This document shows, piece by piece, positions 43,910 to 56,179 of a DNA stretch of 64,000 nucleotides; position 1 is the first letter of the stretch; the number at the start of each line of letters is the position of its first letter. The position numbers and the translations under genes are program-made. The stretch is from the human T2T-CHM13v2.0 reference genome, Homo sapiens. The notes beneath the pieces are model-generated. The model saw only the letters and a list, made by a program, of their open reading frames with translations, ran no database searches and was not told where the DNA came from. The stretch lies in assembly GCF_009914755.1 (NCBI RefSeq), contig NC_060930.1; one strand, given 5' to 3'.

Positions 43910-44479
43910 TACTAGATAATAGTGCAATATGCTTTTGAAGGAGGAGCTGTATTGGTTTACCTGAGACACGAGCGCCTGAGGCTGTTGTGGTCAGGTGACT
44001 TTCTTAATGTTGTAAGATGATACTACTGAGTGCCTCCTGCAACAGTTTTCTCAATTTAATATTATTATTTGCTGTTAAAAGACTACAAGACCAGCTTTCT
44101 GTCTAGTGTGATCTAATCAACAGATAGGACTAGTTCAAATGATAACACGTATTGTCCATGAAGAGCTACTGTACCGTAGGGGACAGAGATAGAAATTGTC
44201 CGGAGCCCAAAATTCAAATCTGTGCTCAGACTTTGGGTAGGTTATCTTTCTTGTACTTAGTGTTCTCATCTACTAAATAAAGGAATTGTGTTTGGTGATG
44301 TTTAAAATCTCTTTTCTTTTTGATGCTATGTGGGTCAGCTCCACCTGGCATTTAGAGGAGCTCTTCCATAGTTAGGATGCCTCTGCCCAGATTCATGCAT
44401 TCTTTGCTAGTCTCTCCCACCTCTTGATCAATACACCTATGTAGGTTGACTGATTAGTATTAGGAAGCTGTTGCATGGC

Positions 44480-44645
44480 CTCTGGGTGACTGTGGACAGG
44501 TGGCTTCACTTCTCTGAACATCATTTTTCTTACTGGATAATAATAATATTTATTATTACTCTGAGAGCAGTAAGGATTAAATAAAATAGCACATGTCAAA
44601 CTGCTAAAACAGGAGCTGGCACACAGGCAGATGTTTAGTCAATCT
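44480..44645 (+). mobile_element. MIR SINE
   Basis: cttcacttctctgaacatcatttttct..taaggattaaataaaata..ctggcacacagg. Confidence 0.65.
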
Positions 44646-45041
44646 TCCACCTCAATCCCACTCAGAACAGAGGAAAACTAAATGTCTCACTGAAGACTGG
44701 ACCTCAATACTTTGAAAAGTAAGTACCATTCTCATCAAGATTGAATAGATATGTGCGGGAATGTGTATACTTGTCAGTTAGAGTGGCACCTAGTAAGCCC
44801 CTGCCTTAAGTCCATCTCTTAGTAATTTATCAGAAATAATCATATGTCCTCTTCCTCTCCTTCCTACTCTTTCTTTTTTGTTCTTTTTCTTGCTGTTCTT
44901 CTTGGGTTAAAAATGCTATAGCTACTTTTTTTTTTGCCTACGTTTTAAAAATTATAGCTCTTGAAGGCTTTCATTTATCATGGTGAATAACTATGGTATG
45001 GTCATTGCCCCAAAGATAACTCTTATTTGCCAGCAATGCAA

Positions 45042-45115
45042 TGTATGTGTGTCTGATATGTATATATATGTGTGTGTGTTTGTGTGTCTACACATGTACA
45101 TGTGTGTATATGTAT
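45042..45115. repeat. (TG/TA)n degenerate microsatellite
   Basis: tgtatgtgtgt..tatatatatgtgtgtgtg. Confidence 0.8.
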
Positions 45116-46319
45116 TTATTCTAAAAAAAAACTTCTCTGCTTGCAGTCAATAATATGTTCATTTTACCAGCATATACACTCAATGCATTCATGACAGTCA
45201 AAAAATGCAGAAATGCCTACAGAGGATATGAATATATTGAATTTCCTAACTTTACTGTTTCTCAAACTATGTCCTAACTAGATGGTGTAATCTAATTGTA
45301 TGAACCTGGAAATATATAGGATTTTATTTTAATGCTAAAAAGGTCAGTAGCTTTGGAACTTAAAATCTTTCCTGTCTTCTTTTCTTTCCTGGAAGCTCAT
45401 CATCAAAGGATTACAAGATATCTTTAATGAAAAGTAGAATTTTATAAACTTAAATTTAGTTATTCATCTTTCATATATAAAATTCTTTTGATGAATACTC
45501 TAAATATATGGCAAAGCAATATATACTTTATTGAATGAGAAGTGAAATTTATAGTAATATACTTTGTGTGGATGTAAGATTTCTTTTGAGGCAATTTCTT
45601 GAACTGTAACTATTATTGTACATTATATCTTTTTATCACTTCCAACATTATTTCAATATTTTATTGCTTTACTTCAACTTGAAAATGTTTCAGTTTCCTG
45701 AATAGTATTCTGCTAGCTTCAGAATGAAAGCCTGTTATTTTCTGATTTTGCTTGGATTTTTGGAATGTTGTTATCAGATGCATTTTAATTAAAAATTTAA
45801 AATTATCCACTGTATTCAGAGCTCTATGCTGACGATTTAAGGGAAGATTTTTTTTTTTCAAAATGAATTTTTACCTTTATTTATCTTCTAACTTGAGAAT
45901 TTAGATTTATTCTAATAAAATAAATGCAACTGATTAAAAATAGCATATCAATGAGTTTAAAACAAAGAAGTAAGATAGGTAATTGATTCTATTAGGATTT
46001 GGAACCAAATGAGCAGTTAGTAAAGGAAAGGTTTACACTAAGAGTTATAAAGGACCTCTTTTTTTTTTTTTTGGATGAGAGGAAAAGGCTCAGAGGAGAG
46101 TCACAGCATGCTTAAGGTAATTCAGTAGTTAATGCTAGATTCGGTAATACAACTCAAGTCTTTTGACTCCTAGTTCACTGTCAGATTTCCTAGGAGTCTT
46201 TGTGTGAAATGGACATATATTTCAATGTTGGGCCAAGGTATATAAGATTACTCACAATGTGATCATATGAAAGTGACTGGCCAATGCACTTTTAGTTCTG
46301 AGGAGGAAGAAATTTGAAA

Positions 46320-46523
46320 TTTCTTTAATATAGATAGGCTTGTTTAGCACTTCCGTTATAGGAGAGATTCAGCAATAATAATGCCACTATTATAATGCCA
46401 TTTCTGTAATAATAGCACTTCTGATACAAAACACCATTATTATAAAAATGCTATTATAAGAAACGCTGTTATTTAGAATTGCTTCAACAATAAAAGTGCT
46501 AAAAAAGTCTTGTATTATAGAAA
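46320..46523. repeat. Degenerate palindromic element, probable old MITE
   Basis: Left arm aggcttgtttagcactt pairs with right arm aagtgctaaaaaagtct; inner aataatagcacttct / agaaacgctgttatt. Confidence 0.55.
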
Positions 46524-47997
46524 ATTATTGTGAATTTTTCTTGCTTTGCAATGAAATTTTCATTCCAAATCTTATTTGATTCTCCTGTGAAATGGCTCTC
46601 AGATTTTATTCTGATGACTCTGAGGCCTGGGCCAGATTGCTGTATAGAACAGGAAATTTCTTGACAGCCAAAGTCAGCTTGGTCAAATAAGTCGACTTCC
46701 TATCCATCAGTTTCCACAAGGTGAAGTAAACCTTCCTTCATAGCTTTATTCATTTTCAGATCCTATATTCCTTTATTGTCTTTCTAAAAATACTATGTAC
46801 TACCTTTTAATAGAAGGTTGAGACAATTTAATTTTACTGAAGTTAGGTAGTCACAGTCTTGCTTTCACATTATGTCTGTTAAACTAAACTAAAACACATA
46901 GTGTAATTGATTAGAACAAAATAAATTTAGGTTTAAATTATACCTCATTTATAATTTACATAATGGGCAGGGTAAAATTCAATGAGCTACATGTTGTGAA
47001 TTTAAGTATAAATGAAGAGAAATGGGGATTTATAAGCATAGAGACGCATTTAAAAATATTATCTCTCTTCTTAGAGTATTGGAACATTGTGTTACTGTTT
47101 GAATTAAGTTAGGGCTATCCTTTTTAGAAAATCATTTATAAGTCTTAGTAAAGACAAACTAGAGTTATCTTACAATCAATATTACATCACATAAAATTAT
47201 AGGCCTGCAGGTTTTAAGGTAACTTAATGATTATGCAAGTGGTTTCTATACATTTTTAAACACCAGAAAACTCATTTTAGATATAAAATTTTATTCAGAA
47301 TCTACAGCATTTAAACAGATAAAATGACATTTTACCAGCCTAAAATATCATAAATGTTCAGATTTACAATGATTTTCTTATTATAAAATCAGTCAGTGAG
47401 TCTAATACCACCTGATGATCACACATGTGAAACTGAAGAGTATATGTGTTGGTTACTGTCCTCTGGCTGCCTTAATGTATAATTTAGTTCTACATCATGA
47501 CTTGGTTTTAAAGCAAGGGGAATATCCTGAGTCACACAGATAAGGAGATGCAAATGATAACTGTCCTTTAAAGGAGTGCCTCACAATGTCTTTATTCTCT
47601 TTAGTGAACAGATACATAAGCTTGAAACAGTAGCGAGAGGGAATTTTGGGTTCAAGATTAAATTGGTAACTGTAACTAAAAACAGATCTCATTCTTTACC
47701 CAGTCAAAGCACCAAGAACTCCAAATAAGCACTAAAATAAGCTCTATGTTTTCAGGACACGATTTATTGTATGTTCCCTTGTTATTGTGCAACTATGGCT
47801 GTCAGAGAGCACGTGCTGCAGCGATACACCATGGCGGTTCTAGCAGTTAGCCGAATGTGTGGCACCTACTTACTGGGGAAAACACCTGCCAGAATATCAC
47901 CCAAATGGGATGGCTGGTGGCACAGAAAAACACACTGGTATATGGAAAATATTTATATTTAACGCATTTCAGTGTGTTTATAAAGCCAAAATTGTGA

Positions 47998-48338
<341 letters not shown>

Positions 48339-48469
48339 TGAACAAGTATTTTCAAAATTAAATTATATTCATATGTATGAGGAAATCCCTCAGGCACCAA
48401 GTTCCTTAGAAAAGTTTTTTTTTTAAAAAACCACTGGCCAAATCCAATGAGCCGTTCAATTTTTGAAAC

Positions 48470-49520
48470 CCATCTGTAACAGTTGCACTAAATAGTTATT
48501 CAGCACCCACACACATATATTCAAGGAGGAGTATCCTCTTGCGTCCTGGGGCAGTCCATTTTGTCCATTGGCAACTCTCCCTATGGAAAAATCCTTCCTT
48601 ACAGTGAGCTAAAATATGTTTTTCTGAAACTTCTACCATGTTCCAAGTTCTAATTCCTTGTGACCATAGTATACAAATCCACATTGTGTCCTTATGATAT
48701 CTTTAGATATTAGATGAGTCTTACTTATGTTTGATTTTCTCCATCTGACAGACCAATATCCTCAGTACCTTCTGTTGTTCTTCACATAACTTGGTTTGGT
48801 TGCCCTTCATTATCTTGTTTCCTTTCTTCCAAATGAGTTCCATAAGCCTTTCTGCCTTTTAAGAAAGGGTATTTGGGCCTAAATATAGATCTGGACATGG
48901 TTTGACTTCACAGAGAATAGTGACTAATTATCATCCTTTTCCTATATGAAAAAAATTCAGTTTTATTGAGCTAAGATTCCATTAATTACGGTATTTACTC
49001 AGTTTGATCTTATTGCCATCAAATATTCACAGGTTTTAAATTTCTCAATTATACATATATTTTGATAATTTATGCTATTTTAGGCATTTGGTTTGAAGAA
49101 CTGGAAAGAATAATTTTAGATTTAAGACAAATACCTATAACTTTGACTTATTCCATTCTTGCTCTCACTTAAATCATCCATTATATTTCTTTATGTAGTC
49201 TTGTGATCTGAAAATGTCATAAAAATTCTTTATGTTTATCCAAGTAAGGAATGAAGAAGAATGGTTAAAAATCTCTAATGAGGATTCTTTGGTAGTCAGT
49301 ATTTCTCAAATTTAGGTACACTTTGTCTACCATATTTCTCAAATGTTTCAGTCAGTGAGTTTATTATTATTTTTAAAATTATACTTACTAAATGCATGTT
49401 GTTATTTCTCTAAAATATTTACAAACCATCATTTCTTCCTGGAATTGTGCTTGAGGTTGATGTTAAACTCACCATTCTTTTGTTTGTAGAATCTCTTGGC
49501 CTCTTTTTTTCCCCCTGTTG
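48470..49520 (-). mobile_element. CR1/L3 LINE relic
   Basis: ggggcagtccattttgtccattggcaactct..ggaaaaatccttcctt resembles the antisense CR1 ORF2 C-terminus; ttgatgttaaactcacc near 49460. Confidence 0.6.
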
Positions 49521-50214
49521 GAACACTTCAACAACAGTTTTAGTTTTTTTGTAATAATGAAATTAAAAAATTGGTGAGTGGTAAATTTGAGTAGATCTAG
49601 GAAAAAGTCTTACTCTAGTGTCCACCAAGACAACTCAGAGGGTATGCCTTAGTGAATTTACCAAAATCTAGATTCGGTTGTTTAGCTTTGAGCATCCTGT
49701 GAATGGGTCTGTTTCTCAGGGGTACACTTCCTTTAACAAGTCTTACTGGAGAGAGATGTACAAACTGAACTATCATCTTGTCAATTTATAATGATGCTTC
49801 CCTTTCGTGGAGACTGGTGTCCTGCATATAGATTTACAGAACATTACATTTTACTTAGAAGATTAGCTTGGTATATATGAAATTAAACCAAGCATTTAAT
49901 GGCAGAAGGCAGCTGCAACAATCTCCTCAAGCTGGACACCTTAGTTTAGGAATGAATTATTCAAGTCCGTGAACCAGAAAACTTTTTCCTGTGTTTTAGA
50001 ATCAGACTGTGATTTTCTGTGTTCAGACATACCAAGCATCTTTGAATCAACAAGTCTTTTTTGGGATATATTCATTAATTCAGTCAAGACTTGCTGTTGC
50101 CTGGGAGCCTTTCCTTTTCTTTAAGATGACTTTGTATATCTCTGATTCATTTTATTGTATGCCAACTTTAGAAATCTGAAGGATAGCTTATTTCTCATTT
50201 CCAACTAGAAGAAA

Positions 50215-50535
50215 CAGCAGACCTCTATAACTTGGTGGCTCACATCTGAATTCAGCATAGGCAGAATTTTGTCATCTGATCTATTTTTTTTGTACTTTTT
50301 CAATATGATGACAATATTTACATAAAAATTGTGGATTTTTTTACTGCTCTTGAAAAATTATAAGATCTGTTAATTAATTCCCACATTCCCTCATGTTGAC
50401 AATTAACTGAAATGGACTAGTGCTGCTTATTCTAGACAGAGCCTGTGTTCTCAGTTTACCACATTCCCTGCTTGCCCGCCTCCCTCATTTACACTACTCG
50501 TCTGCCCCTAGAGGCATTTGAGTTTGAGAAACTTG
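50215..50535. mobile_element. MER102-like hAT-Charlie
   Basis: Terminus ctgcccctagaggcatttgagtttgag. Confidence 0.6.
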
Positions 50536-50610
50536 AACACTCTCTTGGTAGACAGTTCTACTTCCTTCCCCATTGCTTCCAAGAACATTCTCCAGCTTTT
50601 GACCATTTTC

Positions 50611-50913
50611 TTTTTTTTTTTTTTTTCAATGAAAAATTTTTCCATTTATTTAGATTTTCTTTAATTTTTTTTTTTTTTTATTATACTCTAAGTTTTAGGG
50701 TACATGTGCACATTGTGCAGGTTAGTTACATATGTATACATGTGCCATGCTGGTGCACTGCACCCACTAACGTGTCATCTAGCATTAGGTATATCTCCCA
50801 ATGCTATCCCTCCCCCCTCCCCCGACCCCACCACAGTCCCCAGAGTGTGATATTCCCCTTCCTGTGTCCATGTGATCTCATTGTTCAATTCCCACCTATG
50901 AGTGAGAATATGC
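50611..50913 (-). mobile_element. L1HS pre-Ta, 5'-truncated (~250 bp), with 3' transduction
   Basis: Minus strand reads gatgacACGttagtggg (ACG) and aaaacttaGagtataa (G), the pre-Ta diagnostics; two poly-A tracts (50665-50679, 50611-50626). Confidence 0.93.
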
Positions 50914-51460
50914 TTAAATATTGCCAGCTGTGGCTCAATAATTTCACTTGCAAGTTCTATTAGTGCCCGAGATGTTATATGTCAGGGTAAAGATATTATA
51001 AATCACTGGGGATAGTTAGATACATTTTTACTATCTCTTTAATCATTTTTTTCCTTTGCCTTTTTTATCCACTAACATTATGTTTCCAATATCAAGAAGT
51101 ATGTCTATTTCCTCATTTACTCATGTTACCTAAGTCAATGTTCCATAATAATAGTGAGCTGTTTATCTCAATGCAAAAATTTGCTATTATAAGTAATCCA
51201 GTATAATAGTTTTACACAGTGTTCTGTGTAAACTTGTTGATTATATATATTTTATATATATTTATATAAGTTTATATTGTATGACTAAAATATAAGGAGA
51301 AATATGACAACATTTCTAGAAACTGTACGTTACAAGAAATAAAAACAAAATACAGATTTAAGAAAACTCTCTTTTGACCAAAGGAGGAAAAGGAATAAAA
51401 TAAACAGAGCAGATATATTTAGGAGTTTTGGGCTGTGATTTTGTAAGGCTAGAGAAATGG

Positions 51461-51711
51461 CAAACACTGCATGTTCTCACTCATAGGTGGAAATTGAACA
51501 ATGAGAACACTTGGACACAGGGCGGGGAACATCACACACCTGGGCCTGTCGGGGGGAAGGGGAGCTGGGGGAAGGATAGCATTAGGAGATATACCTAATG
51601 TAAATGACGATTTGATGGGTACAACAAACCAACATGGTACAAGTATACCTATGTAACAAACCTGCACATTGTGCACATGTACCCTAGAACTTAAAGTATA
51701 ATAATAAAAAA
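51461..51711 (+). mobile_element. L1PA5-7-type 3' end (~250 bp)
   Basis: L1PA 3'UTR; TSD agagaaatg (51451-51459, 51712-51720). Confidence 0.93.
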
Positions 51712-52001
51712 AGAGAAATGAATATGGAGAGATACACTATAGTTTAGTATAAAGATGGGATTGGCTCTTAATGAGCTGAATGCTGGCTGGTCTACCTGTA
51801 GTCATGAATGCTTGGGCAATAGGCTTATGTATTGAGCCTCAGTTTCCTCCAATAAAATTAAGAAATGAAGGGTCTTGTGCTTATTTTTGAAATCTCCTGT
51901 CTTTAGCAGGTTTTGGGATTCCAGAGAAAATGGAATGTGAGTGAATTCAGCTTTGTACTCTCTGTGCCTATCAGGTGTTTACCCTTAATTTTCAAGACAT
52001 C

Positions 52002-53880
52002 TTTTTTTTTTTAAGAAAAGGTTTTTTTTAAAATTTTTAATTTTTGTGGGTGCACAGTATGTGTTCACATTTATGAGTTACATGAGATATTTTGGTACAG
52101 ATATGTAATGCATAATAATCACATCAGGGTAAATGGGGTATCCATCACCTCAAATATTTACCCTTTGTGTTTCAAGTAATTCAACTATTCTCTTTTAGTT
52201 ATTTTAAAATGTACAATTAAATTATTTGCTAAAATAGTTACCCCATTTTGCTAGCAAATACTAGGTCTTATTCACCCTAACAATTTATTTGTACCCATTA
52301 ACCATCCCTACCCCCTTGCACATCCCCTCTACCCATTACCCTTCCCAGCCTCTAGTAACCATCCTTTTACTCTCTATCTCCATGAGTTCAATTGTTTTAA
52401 TTTTTAGCTGTCACAAATAAGTGAGACCATGCAATGTTTGTTTTTCTGTGGTGGGCTTATTTCATGTAGCATAATGACCTCCAGTTCCATCCATGTTATT
52501 GCAAATGACGGGATCTCATTCATTTTTTTGGCTGAATAGTACTCCATTGTGTATATATACTACATTTTCTTTATCCTTTCATCTGTTGATGGACACTTAG
52601 GTTGATTCAGTCTTGGCTATTGTGAATAGTGCTGCAATAAACATGGAAGTGAAGTTATCTCTTTGATATACTGATTTCCTTTCTTTTGGGTATATACCTT
52701 GGAATGGAGTTGCTGGATTATATGGTAGCTCTATTTTTAGTTTTTTGAGGAACTTCCAAACTGTTCTCCATAGTGGTTGTACTAATTTACATTCCCACCA
52801 ACAGTATATAAAGGTTCCTTTTTCTCCACATCCTTGTCACCATTTGTCACTGCCTGGCTTTGGATAAAAACCATTTTAACTGGAGTGAGATAATGTCTCA
52901 TAGTTTTGATCTACATTTCTTTGATGACCAGTGATGTTGAGCACCTTTTCATATACCTGTTTGCCATTTGTATGTCTTCTTTTGAGAAATACCTATTCAG
53001 ATTTTTTTGCCAATTTAAAAAATTAGATTATCAAAATTTTTTCATTAGAGTTGTTTGAGCTTCTTATATATTCTGATTAGGAATCCCTTTTCAGATGAGT
53101 AGTTAGCAAATATTTTCTCCCATTCTGTGGGTTGTCTCTTCACTTTGTTGATTATATCCTTTTCTGTGCAGAAGTTTTTTAGCTTGATGTGATCTAATCT
53201 GTCCATTTTTGCTTTGGTTGCCTGTGCTTGTGGGATATTACTTAAGAAGTCTTTGCCCAGACCGATGTCTTGGAGAGTTTCCCCAATTTTTTTTTTTTTT
53301 TTTTTTAAGTGGTTTCATAGTTTGAGGTCTTAGCTTTAAGCCTTTAATCCATTTTAATCCGTTTTGGTTTGGTTTCTTTATATGATGAGACATAGGGGTC
53401 TATTTTCATTCTTCTGCCTTTGGATACCCAGTTTTCCCAGCACCATTTATTGAAGAGACTGTCCTTTCCTCAATGTATGTTCTTGGCACCTTTGTCAAAA
53501 ATGAGCTCACCATAAATGTATGGATTTATTTCTGGGATCTCTATTCAGTTCCACTGGTTTATGTGTTTGTTTTTATGCCATTACCATGTCGTTTCAAATA
53601 CCATAGCTCTGTAGTAAAATTTGAAGTGAGAGAATGTGATTCCTCCAGTTTTGTTCTTTCTGCTTAAGATAGTTTTGTCTAGTCTGGGTATTTTGTGGTT
53701 CCATATAAATTTTAGGATTTTTTTTTCTATTTCTGTGAAGAATGTCATTGATATTTAGATAGAGATTTCATGAAATCTGTAGATTGCTTTGGGTAGTATG
53801 GACATTTTAACAATATTGATTCTTCCAATCCTTGAACATGGCATATCTTTTCATATTTTTGTGTGTCCTCTTCTATTTCT
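52002..53880 (-). mobile_element. L1MA-type 3' 1.9 kb
   Basis: L1MA 3'UTR and ORF2 end; degenerate TSD tcaagacatcttt / tcaaagcatcttt. Confidence 0.92.
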
Positions 53881-54479
53881 CAAAGCATCTTTCTTAATAC
53901 TTATGGTTATATATTATAGATTTTGCTTGTGTATTTAAAATAGCTTCTTTTGTTGGTTTCTTATTGCTAACACGTGTAATGAAATCTCACAACTTCCTTT
54001 TGTTTGTAGGCTATCACAAACCATAAGCACAGAGATATAGATACCACCTATTTTGTTTCAATTTTGATGAAGTTAGTCTTAGGAAGTTGAGGAAATTCAG
54101 CTTTGGTCCTGAAAATCTAATCTGCAGAATGGTTATGTATTAATAACACCCTAGCAAAGAAATTCTGTTAAACAATGTCGAATGTGATAGACTTTTAATG
54201 GCAGCTTAAACATAGAATGGTAAATGCAGAAAATAACTAATCACTGTGATACTTTTTCAGTAATACGGTTTTGCTGAATTTTCTCCACAAGGACTGCAAC
54301 TGTGGATTTGTATGTGAGTGGATTTACTTTTGAGCATTATAGAAGATAGACCTGTGTTGACTTTCTTATCTGCTGGTACTTCACCCTGCTTGTAGCCTCC
54401 AGCCCATGAAACATTTCTCTTAAATCAAGGTTAAAAAATAACTATTTTAGTTCTGAAAATGATAGCTATTTTTGATCTT

Positions 54480-54635
54480 ATAAACCTTGATTCAAAACCT
54501 GAATATAGTACTTATAAACTTTCCAAAGTTGAATAAATGATTTAATTCTCTTGACCTCAGTTTAATCATCTGTGAGATAAGAAAAATAGTATTTACCCCA
54601 GAGAATTCTGTGTGAATTAAATGAAATTATAATTA
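54480..54635 (+). mobile_element. MIR SINE
   Basis: tctcttgacctcagtttaatcatctgtgagataag..tgtgaattaaatgaaat. Confidence 0.6.
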
Positions 54636-54662
54636 TTGTCAATTACAAGGTATTCTGTATTA

Positions 54663-54785
54663 GTTTTTTTTCTTGCCTTCCTCCCTCCATCTTGTCCTCC
54701 CTCCCTCTCTCCTCCTTTCTCTTTCTTCTTTGCTTTCTTTGTTTTCTTTCTCTGTCACTCATTTTTTCTTTTCCTCCTTCTTCTA
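54663..54785. repeat. CT-rich low-complexity tract
   Basis: Near-continuous pyrimidine run. Confidence 0.8.
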
Positions 54786-54864
54786 ATATATAATTCTCCA
54801 ATCCAAAAATGTTTTCATAGTTACAATTTTGTATTTGATGATTATTTATATTATGTGCATTAAA

Positions 54865-55370
54865 AAATTCAACCCAACATTTATTGAACACTTCCTCTGT
54901 GCGAGTCACATTGATAGATATTAGGATTCAGAGATGAAATGAAGACAGTGTTCCTGCTTTCAAAGTGATAAAAACTGAAATATAAATTAACTAACAGTTA
55001 CAATACAGTGTGACATGACCTGTTTTGAGCAGGAAGTGCTATGATATACATAGGCATCCAGGTCAGCCTGGATGGTCAGGGAGGCCTTTTTTTTTTTTTT
55101 TTTTTTTGAGACGGAGTCTTGTTCTGTTGTCAGAGAGGCCATTTGTAGGGGAATGCACCTCATCTGTTAGCTGGGAGAAGGAATGATCTAGGTAGATCAA
55201 GAAGGAAATCAGGCTGAGCCCAAGAGGGCCTAGCATGTTTAGGTACCTGAGAAGGTTAGTGTGGTTCTAACACAGGATGGGAAGGACCACGAAAGGAGCA
55301 ACAAATAGGATAGTGTAAGTAGAGATGAGATGATAAAGGCCTTTGTATGCTATGTTTAGAGGTTATACCA
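54865..55370 (-). mobile_element. L2
   Basis: caacatttattgaacacttcctctgtg...aaaggcctttgtatgctatgtttagag. Confidence 0.65.
55087..55133 (-). mobile_element. Extremely 5'-truncated Alu (~25 bp plus 21-nt tail)
   Basis: T21 + gagacggagtcttgttctgttgtc; gaggcc on both flanks (55081-55086, 55135-55140). Confidence 0.85.
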
Positions 55371-55484
55371 TGTTTTTCTATCTGTTCTTCATCTTTTAAA
55401 ATTTTGATTGGCTCTATAATACATATATTATTCATGTGCTCTTTTGCCTGTCTCTTCTTTTCTCTAGATGATAATCTCTATAAT

Positions 55485-55605
55485 GGTGATTCTCAAATTT
55501 GGCTACACATTAGGATCACCCATGGGAGGGGTTAAAGAAATTATGAAGCCTCAGCTCACCCCTACAGATTCTGATTAAATTGTTATGGTGGTCTGGGTAG
55601 GGCAA
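55485..55605. mobile_element. MER5-like hAT-Charlie
   Basis: gtgattctcaaatttggctacacattaggatcacc..agattctgattaaattg. Confidence 0.7.
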
Positions 55606-55889
55606 TGTGATGTCTTTGATTGACAGTGACTGCTGCCTCAGGCAGTTTCACTATTCTTTTTGGACAGTTGAGTGTTCTTGCAGGGGTTTCCTCATTCATT
55701 CTTTCTTTTGTAACTGCTGTTGTCCATAAGTTGCTTGAGAGAACTAACAAAATCGTGTCTCATGTAACAAAGTTCCAACAAAATTTGGACCTACAACGAT
55801 GAAAATAAGATTAGGAAGTCAAGACTAGTGGGGAAGAGTGAGGGTCCTCACAAGCAAAAGTTAAAAGTAAGAAAGGGTGAGTAAAATAC

Positions 55890-56130
55890 TTGTTAATGTA
55901 AGTTTCTGAGAAAACAAACTTCTCCTTATGATTTAGCATTAGCAGACATTTGTGATCTGGGAACTGCTTTAGACAATGAATACTACGGTGGACATCTATA
56001 TGCATAGACCTTTTCATGGTTTTTTTGAGTAGTATTTCCAGCAGAATTACTAGGCCTTGCAATTCTTTCTAAAAGGTTGTACTGATATACAATTGCTACC
56101 AGCAATGTAAAAGGACCCACTCCAACCCTA
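55890..56130 (-). mobile_element. L1ME fragment
   Basis: tttccagcagaattactagg..aaaggttgtactgatataca..ccagcaatgta. Confidence 0.55.
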
Positions 56131-56179
56131 ACAATGAAGCAGCATGCTAACTGTGCATTTTCTCATGGTCTCAGAGTAC

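Noticed and set aside
49570-50100. Possible plus-strand CR1 fragment
   Set aside because: Resemblance too faint to support without an HMM search.
50445-50963. Longest ORF (172 aa)
   Set aside because: Reads through MER102-like sequence, poly-T and antisense L1 3'UTR; not a gene.
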